Source: Parcubacteria group bacterium (lineage in GTDB: Bacteria; Patescibacteriota; Minisyncoccia; Moranbacterales; UBA2206). From it: 64,000 bases of DNA. Location: assembly GCA_041659505.1 (NCBI GenBank), contig JBAZYF010000003.1, positions 86,026-150,025 on the forward strand, given 5' to 3'. The notes under the pieces are model-generated. The model ran no database searches. It was not told the DNA's origin and saw only the letters and a list, made by a program, of their open reading frames with translations. Below are positions 1 to 9,331 of the stretch, one piece after another (position 1 is the stretch's first letter; the number at the start of each line of letters is the position of its first letter). A program made the translations under genes and the position numbers.

Positions 1-342
1 TTGTATCGATTATGAACAAACATCAAATCCTCAACTATCCCTTTGAGAATTTTATTGTGCTTTTCATTCCAGCCTTTCAGCGCAATGCCCTCTCTTGCCA
101 ATTCTAAAATCGTTGCCATCTGGATGTGCAAATCGTTATTCTGCATTTGAAATTCCAATTGTTTTTTACGCTTCTGATTCATAGCCCTATGATTTTTTGG
201 ATACAAAAAAGGTCCTCCGTCGGCGGCACCGTTTCGGGCACCCAACACCCTTTCGAGTATTGACCCATGTGAACAGATACCGATCAGAAGACCGTTATTG
301 TTCACATGGGGTTTCATATATTTTGCCATGCCTACACCCGAA
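1..342 (-). CDS. hypothetical protein, 3' end cut off by the window edge. N-terminus is visible; the start is ATG at 182, 317 or 342
   Basis: Minus-strand frame is open from 342 through coordinate 1. It reads MPSGVGMAKYMKPHVNNNGLLIGICSHGS...MNQKRKKQLEFQMQNNDLHIQMATILELAREGIALKGWNEKHNKILKGIVEDLMFVHNRY. Segment 183-340 is GC-richer than 1-182, so the true start may be the ATG at 182. Confidence 0.25.
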
Positions 343-482
343 GGCATAAGTTTAGGCTGTATTGTAAATTTATTCTAGCTTTTTAAGTCGTGTTGGTCAA
401 TTTTCGGAAAGTTTTAGACACTCTTTTTAAATTTAGGCATACTAAAAACTAACTCCTATAAAAATAAGTTTTTATGCGTAAC

Positions 483-2231
483 TTACGTTTCCGAATACTT
501 TTTCCCATTAAGAAATCTGATTTCCTTTGTGAAATTAGCGACTCTATGATCATCTATTTCTAGGTTTAGCATTTTTTCTCGCTCTTCGTTTTCAATTTTA
601 TCCCTATTTAAGGTAAGAATGTATTGGAAGTCTTGTGACTCTTTTTTGGCTAAATAATTTAGACTTTTTATTAATGAATCCTGATCAACATCAAAAATAT
701 TATCATGAACCAAAAAATGAGGATGTCTCACTTGGGTGTATTCGTTAAATAATAATGCTAAATCATAAATAAAAACTTTCGTTCTGTCCACACTATGGCT
801 ACCATCATCATCTATCCTCATTTCAAATGATAAGACCTTTTTACTCTTCCCGCTTGTAACTGTCTTAATATCAAAGGATGCTTCGTTGCTATCCATTATA
901 TATTCATGGATACTTAAAATTGTTATATTAAAACTATCTATTATTTTTTTAGCATCAAATATCAAAGCATCCAGCTCCTGGAAATATTTGTCTTTCTCTA
1001 GTTTTAAATCCTTTAATTCTTTTTCGGTGTTTTCATAGGCCGCATACTTACTTTGAATATTTGCATAAGACTCTCTTTTTTGGTGATAAATAGCAAAACC
1101 GTTTTTCACATCCTTCAAAACACCCTTTTGATCAATAATTTCTAATTTATTTAGTCTGCTGTCTTCAAGAGCCTGAAGTTTTCTTGCAGTAACATTTAAT
1201 TCATCGCTTATAGATTTAATTTTTTCATTAAACAATTTTCTTTGGAATTCATCAATTTTTTGTTTAAAATTCACGACTTCTTCAATGGATTTGGAGACAA
1301 TATCACCAAGGCCTGATTTGAATTGGTTATAAATAATTTCAATATCTTTTTCTTTAATAGCCTCCAGTGCTGGGAAGGTTCTCATTTTTCTCAATTGATA
1401 TCTCAGGGCAGTCTGATGAGAGCGTAAATCATCTATCTCTATTTGCATTTTAGCCAAATCATCCTGCTGTAGCGCATATGCGTCATTGGTCTTGAAACTT
1501 TCAAGCGCTGTGTCTATTTTCTTTAAATCATCATTGAGGGAGTTGAGTGTAGCCTTGACATCGCCGACTTTTTTTGTTCCGTTTTCAGTTAAGGATTTTC
1601 TCAGTGCTGTTCTGTGGACACTAGTTTTTTCAATTTCTTTGAATTTTTTTTGTATCTTATTGATAAGCGAGACATCCAGACCAAAAATGAACGCACTTGG
1701 TTTTATGGCAGGAGGTATGGTCTTTTGTGAATTACTCTCATAACACATCATAATATCCTTAAACTCAGATCCTTCTTCTCTTAAGAACGGTCCCAGAAAT
1801 TCACGAAAACTAATATCTACACTTTCGGAAGTTTCCAAAAATAATATCCTCCCCAAATATTGGCTAGCATCATCCAAATTAGAAAAATCGGTTGTTTTAC
1901 CATCTTTTATAATTGTTGGATTTTCTGGTTTTCCTTTTGTTCTAATTATTCTAAGATTTTGAGAATTAATTTCAAGGTCTAAAATTATTTGAGTATCATC
2001 AGAAAATTTATCAAGTGGGATCTTCATAACCCGACTATTGGAACTTGCCTTTAAAAGACAAAAATTCACAAATTCTATACTTAAAGATTTGCCCACTCCA
2101 TTAGTTTTTTTCCCTTTTCTCACATTGTCTGTTTCAACTTTTTCACCCATGATAAGATTTATCCCATCTTGAAATTCGATGGGTTCAAATATTTCTGGTG
2201 AAGAATGAAGTTTCAATAATTTTATTCTCAT
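483..2231 (-). CDS. ABC/SMC-type ATPase with a long coiled-coil insertion (DUF2326/ABC-3C-like or Lamassu LmuB-like)
   Basis: N-terminal P-loop (GEKVETDNVRKGKKTNGVGKS). Central ~250 aa are heptad-rich coiled coil. C-terminal FLVHDNIFDVDQD is Walker B/D-loop-like. 4-nt ATGA overlap with the upstream small gene. Confidence 0.55.
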   Translation of the reverse strand: MRIKLLKLHSSPEIFEPIEFQDGINLIMGEKVETDNVRKGKKTNGVGKSLSIEFVNFCLLKASSNSRVMKIPLDKFSDDTQIILDLEINSQNLRIIRTKGKPENPTIIKDGKTTDFSNLDDASQYLGRILFLETSESVDISFREFLGPFLREEGSEFKDIMMCYESNSQKTIPPAIKPSAFIFGLDVSLINKIQKKFKEIEKTSVHRTALRKSLTENGTKKVGDVKATLNSLNDDLKKIDTALESFKTNDAYALQQDDLAKMQIEIDDLRSHQTALRYQLRKMRTFPALEAIKEKDIEIIYNQFKSGLGDIVSKSIEEVVNFKQKIDEFQRKLFNEKIKSISDELNVTARKLQALEDSRLNKLEIIDQKGVLKDVKNGFAIYHQKRESYANIQSKYAAYENTEKELKDLKLEKDKYFQELDALIFDAKKIIDSFNITILSIHEYIMDSNEASFDIKTVTSGKSKKVLSFEMRIDDDGSHSVDRTKVFIYDLALLFNEYTQVRHPHFLVHDNIFDVDQDSLIKSLNYLAKKESQDFQYILTLNRDKIENEEREKMLNLEIDDHRVANFTKEIRFLNGKKYSET

Positions 2232-2503
2232 ACTTTATAAATATAAGGATCTGTAAAATTTATAATACCCGCGGTATATAAAAATATTAACGATAGCATT
2301 ATTTGCCGATAATGAATTATTTTTAATTCCTTTTTTAATTTTTCAGTTACTTCAAAAATACTTACCTTATCATCATCCTTGCTCTTTAAAATTTTTAAAA
2401 TTAAATACCCAATATAAATTGGCGTTGTTTTAATTTCTTCATCTTTTGTAATCAAATTATTCTTCTTCATTTGGAAAAATACTACATTTGGGAATCTCTC
2501 CAA
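2228..2503 (-). CDS. small alpha-helical 'middle component' protein (91 aa) of a three-gene ATPase cassette
   Basis: Short ORF translationally coupled to the ATPase (ATGA overlap) and overlapping the upstream gene. Position and size fit the MC/LmuC-type adaptor. No recognizable catalytic motif. Confidence 0.4.
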   Translation of the reverse strand: MERFPNVVFFQMKKNNLITKDEEIKTTPIYIGYLILKILKSKDDDKVSIFEVTEKLKKELKIIHYRQIMLSLIFLYTAGIINFTDPYIYKV

Positions 2504-3386
2504 TTAAATAATATCTTATTGCACTATGCGCATATTTCTTGCCACTACTTTCAAGCTTATTCTCAAGATAATCTGCCATCTTATCTAACGCGGTCATAGG
2601 GTCACCATTATTCTCTCTTAAAAACCTACGACTAGTTTCCTTCAAAAACGCCACCTTTTTTGCTACCATTATCTTATCTGGACCAATTGCCTGTTCTGCT
2701 TCTTTTTGTGCACTTGCATACATTGCGCTATTTACTATTTCACTTTTAATTTGTACACAATAGCTACTAAAACGTTCGAGTTTTTTATCAGGATCAGGCA
2801 TGGTATTTTCAAACCCTTCATTGATAAAGTCCGCATTATCAGATACATAACAGATAAGATCCATTACGGTTTCAACTTCTGTCGCGTTGGAATTAATATT
2901 GGGAAGATTAAAGATTCTTTGCCGATCATTTTTGCTTAATTCAATAGCCTTTCTAACTATTTGTTCCAATCCCCAATGTTCCTTTTTTATTCCATCTCCA
3001 TTTCCATTTAATTCAATAATTTTTTGATGGGGCTTGCCCATTAAATTATCCCTTGTCACAAATACCCACTTATCAAACTGGTATTTATCTTTCCATTTTT
3101 CCAAAAATTTATCATAATCACCAAGCTCCTCTGATTTTTTAGGAATAGGATTTGAAATCTTCTTTGAAGTTATGCTATTATCGTATTTCTCTGATTCTGG
3201 ACCATACACGGCAAAAAAACATTTCTCATCTATACTGTACCCATCATTACCAAGATCATGTTGCATTTTAGGGGTTTGCAAATCCGGATAACAACAAATT
3301 AGGATATCCCACAAAATTTGCTGAAATTCCTTTCCTGTTTTTCTTGTCAATCGATCTCTTATTATTTCCTCAGAAGAATTAGCCAT
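2457..3386 (-). CDS. putative effector of the three-gene cassette with a PD-(D/E)xK-like motif
   Basis: First gene of the co-directional triad. Motif GNDGYSIDEKCFFAVYG resembles a restriction-endonuclease-fold D...(D/E)xK core. No other recognized family. Confidence 0.4.
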   Translation of the reverse strand: MANSSEEIIRDRLTRKTGKEFQQILWDILICCYPDLQTPKMQHDLGNDGYSIDEKCFFAVYGPESEKYDNSITSKKISNPIPKKSEELGDYDKFLEKWKDKYQFDKWVFVTRDNLMGKPHQKIIELNGNGDGIKKEHWGLEQIVRKAIELSKNDRQRIFNLPNINSNATEVETVMDLICYVSDNADFINEGFENTMPDPDKKLERFSSYCVQIKSEIVNSAMYASAQKEAEQAIGPDKIMVAKKVAFLKETSRRFLRENNGDPMTALDKMADYLENKLESSGKKYAHSAIRYYLIGEIPKCSIFPNEEE

Positions 3387-3494
3387 TTTTTATTTCGATA
3401 CTCAAGATTATATTTCATCTCAACTTTCTTGTTAAAATAATTATACCACATACTATCAGATTTGGTATCATTCATTCATTTTTAGCAAAATATC

Positions 3495-4001
3495 CTAACT
3501 AGAGAGATTCTTATTCTCCAAGATATTCCTAATATTTTGTGATAATTCTGAGAAGTTTCCGCCAACACTAATATGTTCTACTGGCAGACCAATTGCTTTG
3601 TATAATTCATCAATAAAATTATCCCGCTTTTTACGTTGTGCGCTATTATGCGATTTTCCATCTAGCTCAATAGCAAGCAATGGTTTTGTTGTGGCATAAT
3701 TACACACAAGGAAATCAACATGGCGTGACTTGATTTTGCCACGAAGACCCCAGTGACTATTGCCAGATATATTCTTCTTGTTCACATCAATAAAGTCCTC
3801 AATGCGAACCTTAGACAATACGATATAAACTTCTCCAAGTGCTTTTTGCAGATTAACGAATAATGCTTGCTCTGATTCATTCATTACCCTGTCCTTCTTT
3901 TGATATGAAGACAAACTCGTTAGTCTTTCCTTTTTCTCAATAAATGCCTTAGCGAGAGCAACAGCAACGATGAAAATGATTAATATAATTGTCCAAAGCA
4001 T
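3495..4001 (-). CDS. membrane-anchored DUF2726-like (PD-(D/E)xK, NERD-related) nuclease-domain protein
   Basis: N-terminal TM helix (LWTIILIIFIVAVALA). Core HVDFLVCN...LLAIELDGKSH matches the DUF2726 pattern (D...E.DGxxH). Confidence 0.5.
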   Translation of the reverse strand: MLWTIILIIFIVAVALAKAFIEKKERLTSLSSYQKKDRVMNESEQALFVNLQKALGEVYIVLSKVRIEDFIDVNKKNISGNSHWGLRGKIKSRHVDFLVCNYATTKPLLAIELDGKSHNSAQRKKRDNFIDELYKAIGLPVEHISVGGNFSELSQNIRNILENKNLSS

Positions 4002-4083
4002 AGTTTTGTTTTTATTGAATTATGTTTGATGAAATTAGAAAACAAATTAGACTTATCGTTTATTTTGCAATAATTGAAAAAAA

Positions 4084-5373
4084 TTACTTCAAATCAATCC
4101 TGTTGTTCTTTTTTAAATATTTTTCAATCATTTCATTTTCGAGTCTTTTTGCCAACCGCTCACCATAGCACCACCCTAATTGCTGACAAAAATCTTTAAT
4201 CAATTCTATTCTTTTCTCTTTTAAATCTTGCACCATGATATTCCTATTCCAGTCCAATTCATAATCTAATGATTTTTTTATTTTTTCGGATGTGAAATTT
4301 TCATCTCCCTTATACAGAAAATTATTATCCGTTTCTGAGAGTACAAACGAGAGTTCTATGTAACCCCAATAACCCAAATCTTCATAAAATTTATATGCAA
4401 ATTCAATGAGCAAATCTATTCTGGCTATTAAATGATAGAAGCCATAATACCCAAGTTTGTCTTCCCTTATATTATCAAAATTCATTTCACCCTCCCTTTC
4501 AAAACTTTGTTTTAACAATTCTATATCCTGCATGAATATTTCTCCATAGTATAAAAGTCCGAAATCATTGATTTCTGTATAATTTTTTTCGTTATATTTA
4601 ATAACAACACCATCATTTATAACCCTTCTTTTATCTATGAATCTAGGAAATCCACCTGAACTAAAATAATCATTAATTTGAAGCTCGCCGAGAAAATCAA
4701 ACAAATGATCTGGATTCGTTAGCACTTGATTTGGATAAATTGGGATCGATGAGAAATATCCACTTCCAAAAGGCTTTCTACTCCTAAAGGTTGCTATCAG
4801 TGTATTTTCCTCATTGGGAACATAAATTTTATCATTGTGTCTTTGCGTGGCCGAGGTTAATAAATTTTTTTTCAAATTATCTGATTTATCTCTCCTATTT
4901 CTCAACCACTCCAATTGCTCCATCGTGGCTAAACTTTCAGGGGTTTTAGTGTCATTAATTCTCACATATGCTCTAGTATTTCCCCTGATAGCATGGGGCG
5001 TTTCATTACTCGGATGAATTCTTATTACAACCAGCGCCTTCGTGCAATCATCGTTCTTGCAAACTTTTACTTCTGGAAATATTATTGGGTAAATATTATC
5101 AATGATTATTCTTGTTACTTTTTCAGAAATGCCCTCTTTATTTTCAAGGCCTTCAACTGGGAGCAATGGAACACCGTCATCATCTTTTACACCAACAATA
5201 ACTAAGCCACCAAAAGTATTTGCGAAAGCGCTCAGTGTCATTGCGAGTTTTTTATTGTCAGCATTAAAGTCTTCCTTGTAATCCAAATTAACATTTTCCC
5301 TGATTTTCTCATTACAAAAAGCAACAACATCCTCATAGGAAATATCTTCAATTTTTTTATTATATAAAATCAT
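4084..5373 (-). CDS. Schlafen/AlbA_2 (divergent AAA, PF04326-like) domain protein
   Basis: N-terminus EDISYEDVVAFCNEKIRENVNLDYKEDF...LSAFANTFGGLVIVGVKDDDG is the canonical AlbA_2 signature (LEfK...AFAN..GG.l.iGv.D.G). Confidence 0.6.
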   Translation of the reverse strand: MILYNKKIEDISYEDVVAFCNEKIRENVNLDYKEDFNADNKKLAMTLSAFANTFGGLVIVGVKDDDGVPLLPVEGLENKEGISEKVTRIIIDNIYPIIFPEVKVCKNDDCTKALVVIRIHPSNETPHAIRGNTRAYVRINDTKTPESLATMEQLEWLRNRRDKSDNLKKNLLTSATQRHNDKIYVPNEENTLIATFRSRKPFGSGYFSSIPIYPNQVLTNPDHLFDFLGELQINDYFSSGGFPRFIDKRRVINDGVVIKYNEKNYTEINDFGLLYYGEIFMQDIELLKQSFEREGEMNFDNIREDKLGYYGFYHLIARIDLLIEFAYKFYEDLGYWGYIELSFVLSETDNNFLYKGDENFTSEKIKKSLDYELDWNRNIMVQDLKEKRIELIKDFCQQLGWCYGERLAKRLENEMIEKYLKKNNRIDLK

Positions 5374-5519
5374 AGCTTTAATTAATTTTTATCTTTAGCA
5401 TAATTCTCAATAGCAAGCTCAGCCAATCCATAAAGATTATCCCTGATTTCCAAAACTTCTTCATCAGCGATATTTTCGTCGTTTAATATTTTCTTGACTT
5501 CTTCAATACTTAACATTCC

Positions 5520-7013
5520 TTATACTGATTTTAATACTTTCCAAATTTCAACCATAGCCAAGGTATCAAGATGGCAATAGTCCTTGAGTGCCTGCACTTT
5601 CATATTTTTTTCATCCTCAGAATATTCATCCGACACAATACGATTCCATGTATCTGACGCGGCACCACCCTCTTGAATATGCATATCCTTATATGAAAGA
5701 TGAGGAACAAGTGCCGGCAAAACATACTTTATTGAAGCGCTTCCTTTAAACTCTGGATGATCATACATTGTTGTATTTCCGTAAAATGGAATCATCAAGT
5801 CTACAACGCGATTATTAACACTTTGCATAAAATCCCGATATTCAGGCAGACGCTTTCCAATTTCTTCATTTCTCTTTTTTTCAAAACTCTGATTCCAAAC
5901 AACAACACTTCCTGTTTTCGGGATATGCTTTTCCAATGCTTTTGCGAAACTTTCATCAGGACAACCTTGATCAGTATAAATAAAATCATAATGTTCCAAT
6001 TCGCTCTCGCGTGAGTCAATCACATGCAGTGAAAATTGAAAAGTTATTTGCTGATATGGACTGTACCCACTATATCTCGGCAAGGCTGATGGATATGTTT
6101 CATAGTCAAGAAATGACAATGGGTATTTCATCGTTCCTAAAAATTCAGCAATGCTTTTTTTATCAATATATTCTTTGCCGGATTTGGCCGTTTCCACTTG
6201 CCTTTTCTGATTATCTGAAAGTGGGAAATCATCCGGCACATCGTGAATATTGAAAATATGACTATCAACCAACTCTGCTAATTTTTTTCCATTGATTCTT
6301 AAAATTGCGTGAACTGGATATTCCGGAAGATCAGAATTTGAATACCAAGCTGTTGTACAATGCGAGTTTTTCCCTTTCAAAATACAATCGCAATGCCCTT
6401 TCGGTTCAGCTTCACTAGATAACAATTCATAGGCACCCTCCATTTTTTGCTTTATGTCATCCAGCTTCTCATTCACTTGGCTAGTCGAATCTTCTATAAA
6501 AAATAACTTTTCCAAGTTAATTTCGCCAAGGCGGACATATTTTTTATTAAGCCTGATCAAATTGAAAGTTCCCATCTCAATGCCCAAATCATTCAGGACA
6601 TTCTTTTGAAAAGCCATATCTATCAAATAATCCTCGGTTTTTCTTCCTCCGTTTTCTTCCGAAGCTGTCGATGACTTCACTTCATATAGATCATAGACAT
6701 TTGTATCCAGATTGAAAACAAAAATATCAGAGACTGCGAGATATTTTTCGGTTGCAAAAACAGGCTGATAAATTACAGGTGTCTTTTCTTCCATAAGCTT
6801 CCTTGTAAGCTCTGTATCATCACGAGATTCCACTAGCACGCCGCCCGAGAAAAGGCCGCGCGCAAGCTCGTCAATTTGATTGCCAGTATCAATAATATTC
6901 AGCTCAAAAGAAGAAAGTGCTTTTTTCTTATATACCTCTGGATTGTGAATTTTTAGCCAAGCATTTTTTGCACAATCGAGACATATCAGAAAGTTTGTTT
7001 TTGATAATTTCAT
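5520..7013 (-). CDS. DUF2779-like protein (RecB/Cas4-like nuclease N-terminus)
   Basis: N-terminus LSKTNFLICLDCAKNAWLKIHNPEV resembles the DUF2779 start (LSKS.F..G.QC.K.LWL..H.PE). Later CDC...C cysteine cluster. Confidence 0.4.
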   Translation of the reverse strand: MKLSKTNFLICLDCAKNAWLKIHNPEVYKKKALSSFELNIIDTGNQIDELARGLFSGGVLVESRDDTELTRKLMEEKTPVIYQPVFATEKYLAVSDIFVFNLDTNVYDLYEVKSSTASEENGGRKTEDYLIDMAFQKNVLNDLGIEMGTFNLIRLNKKYVRLGEINLEKLFFIEDSTSQVNEKLDDIKQKMEGAYELLSSEAEPKGHCDCILKGKNSHCTTAWYSNSDLPEYPVHAILRINGKKLAELVDSHIFNIHDVPDDFPLSDNQKRQVETAKSGKEYIDKKSIAEFLGTMKYPLSFLDYETYPSALPRYSGYSPYQQITFQFSLHVIDSRESELEHYDFIYTDQGCPDESFAKALEKHIPKTGSVVVWNQSFEKKRNEEIGKRLPEYRDFMQSVNNRVVDLMIPFYGNTTMYDHPEFKGSASIKYVLPALVPHLSYKDMHIQEGGAASDTWNRIVSDEYSEDEKNMKVQALKDYCHLDTLAMVEIWKVLKSV

Positions 7014-7106
7014 GCAATTTTTTTAATCAATCGCCAAAAAACTATTATTTAAAATCATATTTGCCATTTTGCTTTTCGGGTTTAGTCCAATTTTTTCGCA
7101 AAACTT

Positions 7107-9293
7107 TTATTTTATCATTCGATTGTAGTGTGCCTCATGTCCAGAATTTTCAAATATTTTTTTAAATGCTTCTTTGAAAATTTGAGGATCAACTTCTTTT
7201 GTGTCAGAAATATTTATTCTATCAAAATGTGATTCTCTATTTATATATCTCAAAAAATAAGAGTATTTGCCATCTGTTAGATTTTCAATTGCTTTATCAT
7301 ATTTTTCATTATCAATAAAACCAAAAAAACATTCTAAAATATTTCTCATAGAATTAGCCAATAAACTATCAGGGGCGTTATCGTCTTTTATTATTTGCCA
7401 ATACTGTTGATAGTCATTTAATATCTCATCTTTACCCATTTCAGAAATTATAGATTTTTTTTCTCGATTCTTGGTAATTCTAAAAAGTTTTTCCCTGTCG
7501 TCTTTCTTGTTTTTCTCTGTGTATTTTATTAATTCGTGAAAAAGATATAAATTATGAGTTAAAATGAATACTTGCTTATAGTCATCATTAAAAAAGTTTT
7601 TTCTTATGAGCTGTGCAACATTAAAAACATACATATGCGACAAGCTAGAAATTGGATCATCAATAACAACTATTTTTTCAGTTGCTATATCATCATTATT
7701 TTCTTTGCCTTTGCATAATTCCAAAAAATACAGAAAACTAATTACTGTTTTTTCTCCCTCGCTCAATGTTTCAAATTTAGCAATATCTTCGTTTGGTCTT
7801 TGTAGTTTGTATGACTTTTCTCCAGCTGGAACAATAGAAAATCCATCTAATCCAAAAAATATTAATTCACTATTTATAGCCTCAATTGCATCTTGAATGT
7901 TTACCATTTCCTTTTGTGCGTCTTTTATTATCGTTCCTCGCTCTTCAATATTTTTGTTTAACTCTGAAATTTTAGTTTCAATATCTGATTTTTCTTTTTC
8001 AACTTTCACTTTTTGAGTGTTATAATTTTCTATTGTTTGATCATAATCCCACCGCATAATTTCCCAGAAGTCTTTAATGATCTGATTTCTTGTTTTTTGT
8101 TTGTTTTTTAGCTTTTCATTATGAGTTTTTATTTCATTAATAATTGTATCTAAAAAATCATTCAGTGCTTTTTGTTCTAAAATACTTAATTCTAAGGCAA
8201 TGACTACATTCGGACTTTTAATTTTATTGTTAATTTTTGACCAATTATTGTTCAATTTATCAATAAAATTTTTAAACAAAAGCTTAAATTTGGTTTCTTT
8301 GACCTTTATAAAATCAATTTGTAAAAGTTCATTTTCTAACTTTTTTGCATCCTGATATTCTCTAAAATATTCTTTGTCTAAATCTTCTAATTCTGTGATT
8401 TTTTGTTGGTAAGATACGTCAAAGTAATTTTGAATTTCTTGATATAAATCTTTAGTTATAGTTTTTTGCTGACAAAAAGGACAGATTTTATTTTCCTCTC
8501 GGGGTTCATTTATAAACTCTTTCCCTTTTTTCACCCAATCAGAATTGTTTAATTTCTCAATAAGATCCGCTACTTGTGAATTTTCATTTCCAATAATTAC
8601 TTCTTTGAAAATTTCCTTTTCTTCGGTTTTCCAAAAATCAAAAGTTACTTTTTTAACCAAATTTTCGTCATAAGTTTTGGCGCTTTTTCCTTGCGTTGCT
8701 TCTGCTTCTTTTTTTAAATCTTCTTTTGATTTTTCTGGTTTATTTGCTGGTTTTTGTAATCTTAAAAGATGATCAAATAAGTCTTTTTTGCTTCCCCTTT
8801 TTCCTTCCAAGCAAAATTCCAAAATTCTATCTCCACCCGAATATTTTGTTTTTATCTCCCAAGTTTTATCTTCTGTTGTATTTTGTAAATCAGCGACATT
8901 TTCTTGTTTTTTATTTAAGTCAAATTGAAATCCGGTTTTCAATTCATCGTTTTCAATTTGATTCTTTAGTTTATTTATCTCCTGAGTAGCTGTATCTATT
9001 TTTTCTTTTGCTTCTTTGTTTTCTGACTTCAGACTAAAAATACCTCTTTGTGTGTCCTGATAAAAATTATCACCAACAAATTTTTGATTATAAACTAACA
9101 CTTTTTCATTATTTAGTTCTGCAATTGAACAGCAAGAAAAACAAGCGTTATCTTTATCTTGAAGATAATTTGAAAGAGTTGTTTTTCCTGTCCCATTCAG
9201 TCCATAAATAAGATTGATTTTTTTATCAGTCTCCAAGATAGCGGGTGTTTCCCCATAACTTGCAGTATTTTTTATAGAAATCTTAGTGATCAT
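7107..9293 (-). CDS. AAA_13-family ABC ATPase (PrrC/RloC-like) with a coiled-coil insertion and CxxC hook-like motif
   Basis: Walker A GLNGTGKTT at the N-terminus. Long coiled coil with ICPFCQQK (zinc-hook-like CxxC) in the middle. Walker B/D-loop VVIDDPISSLS. C-terminal region carries R/H-rich motifs (RYINRESHFD, SGHEAHYNRM) compatible with a PrrC/RloC-type nuclease module. Confidence 0.55.
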   Translation of the reverse strand: MITKISIKNTASYGETPAILETDKKINLIYGLNGTGKTTLSNYLQDKDNACFSCCSIAELNNEKVLVYNQKFVGDNFYQDTQRGIFSLKSENKEAKEKIDTATQEINKLKNQIENDELKTGFQFDLNKKQENVADLQNTTEDKTWEIKTKYSGGDRILEFCLEGKRGSKKDLFDHLLRLQKPANKPEKSKEDLKKEAEATQGKSAKTYDENLVKKVTFDFWKTEEKEIFKEVIIGNENSQVADLIEKLNNSDWVKKGKEFINEPREENKICPFCQQKTITKDLYQEIQNYFDVSYQQKITELEDLDKEYFREYQDAKKLENELLQIDFIKVKETKFKLLFKNFIDKLNNNWSKINNKIKSPNVVIALELSILEQKALNDFLDTIINEIKTHNEKLKNKQKTRNQIIKDFWEIMRWDYDQTIENYNTQKVKVEKEKSDIETKISELNKNIEERGTIIKDAQKEMVNIQDAIEAINSELIFFGLDGFSIVPAGEKSYKLQRPNEDIAKFETLSEGEKTVISFLYFLELCKGKENNDDIATEKIVVIDDPISSLSHMYVFNVAQLIRKNFFNDDYKQVFILTHNLYLFHELIKYTEKNKKDDREKLFRITKNREKKSIISEMGKDEILNDYQQYWQIIKDDNAPDSLLANSMRNILECFFGFIDNEKYDKAIENLTDGKYSYFLRYINRESHFDRINISDTKEVDPQIFKEAFKKIFENSGHEAHYNRMIK

Positions 9294-9331
9294 AATTTAA
9301 AATATCAAATTTACTGGATATTTTTTTGATT

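Noticed and set aside
1486-1743. 85-aa plus-strand ORF and similar short antisense ORFs (2706-2939, 4835-5205, 5757-6253 and others)
   Set aside because: All lie antisense within longer, motif-supported minus-strand genes in AT-rich sequence; no independent evidence.
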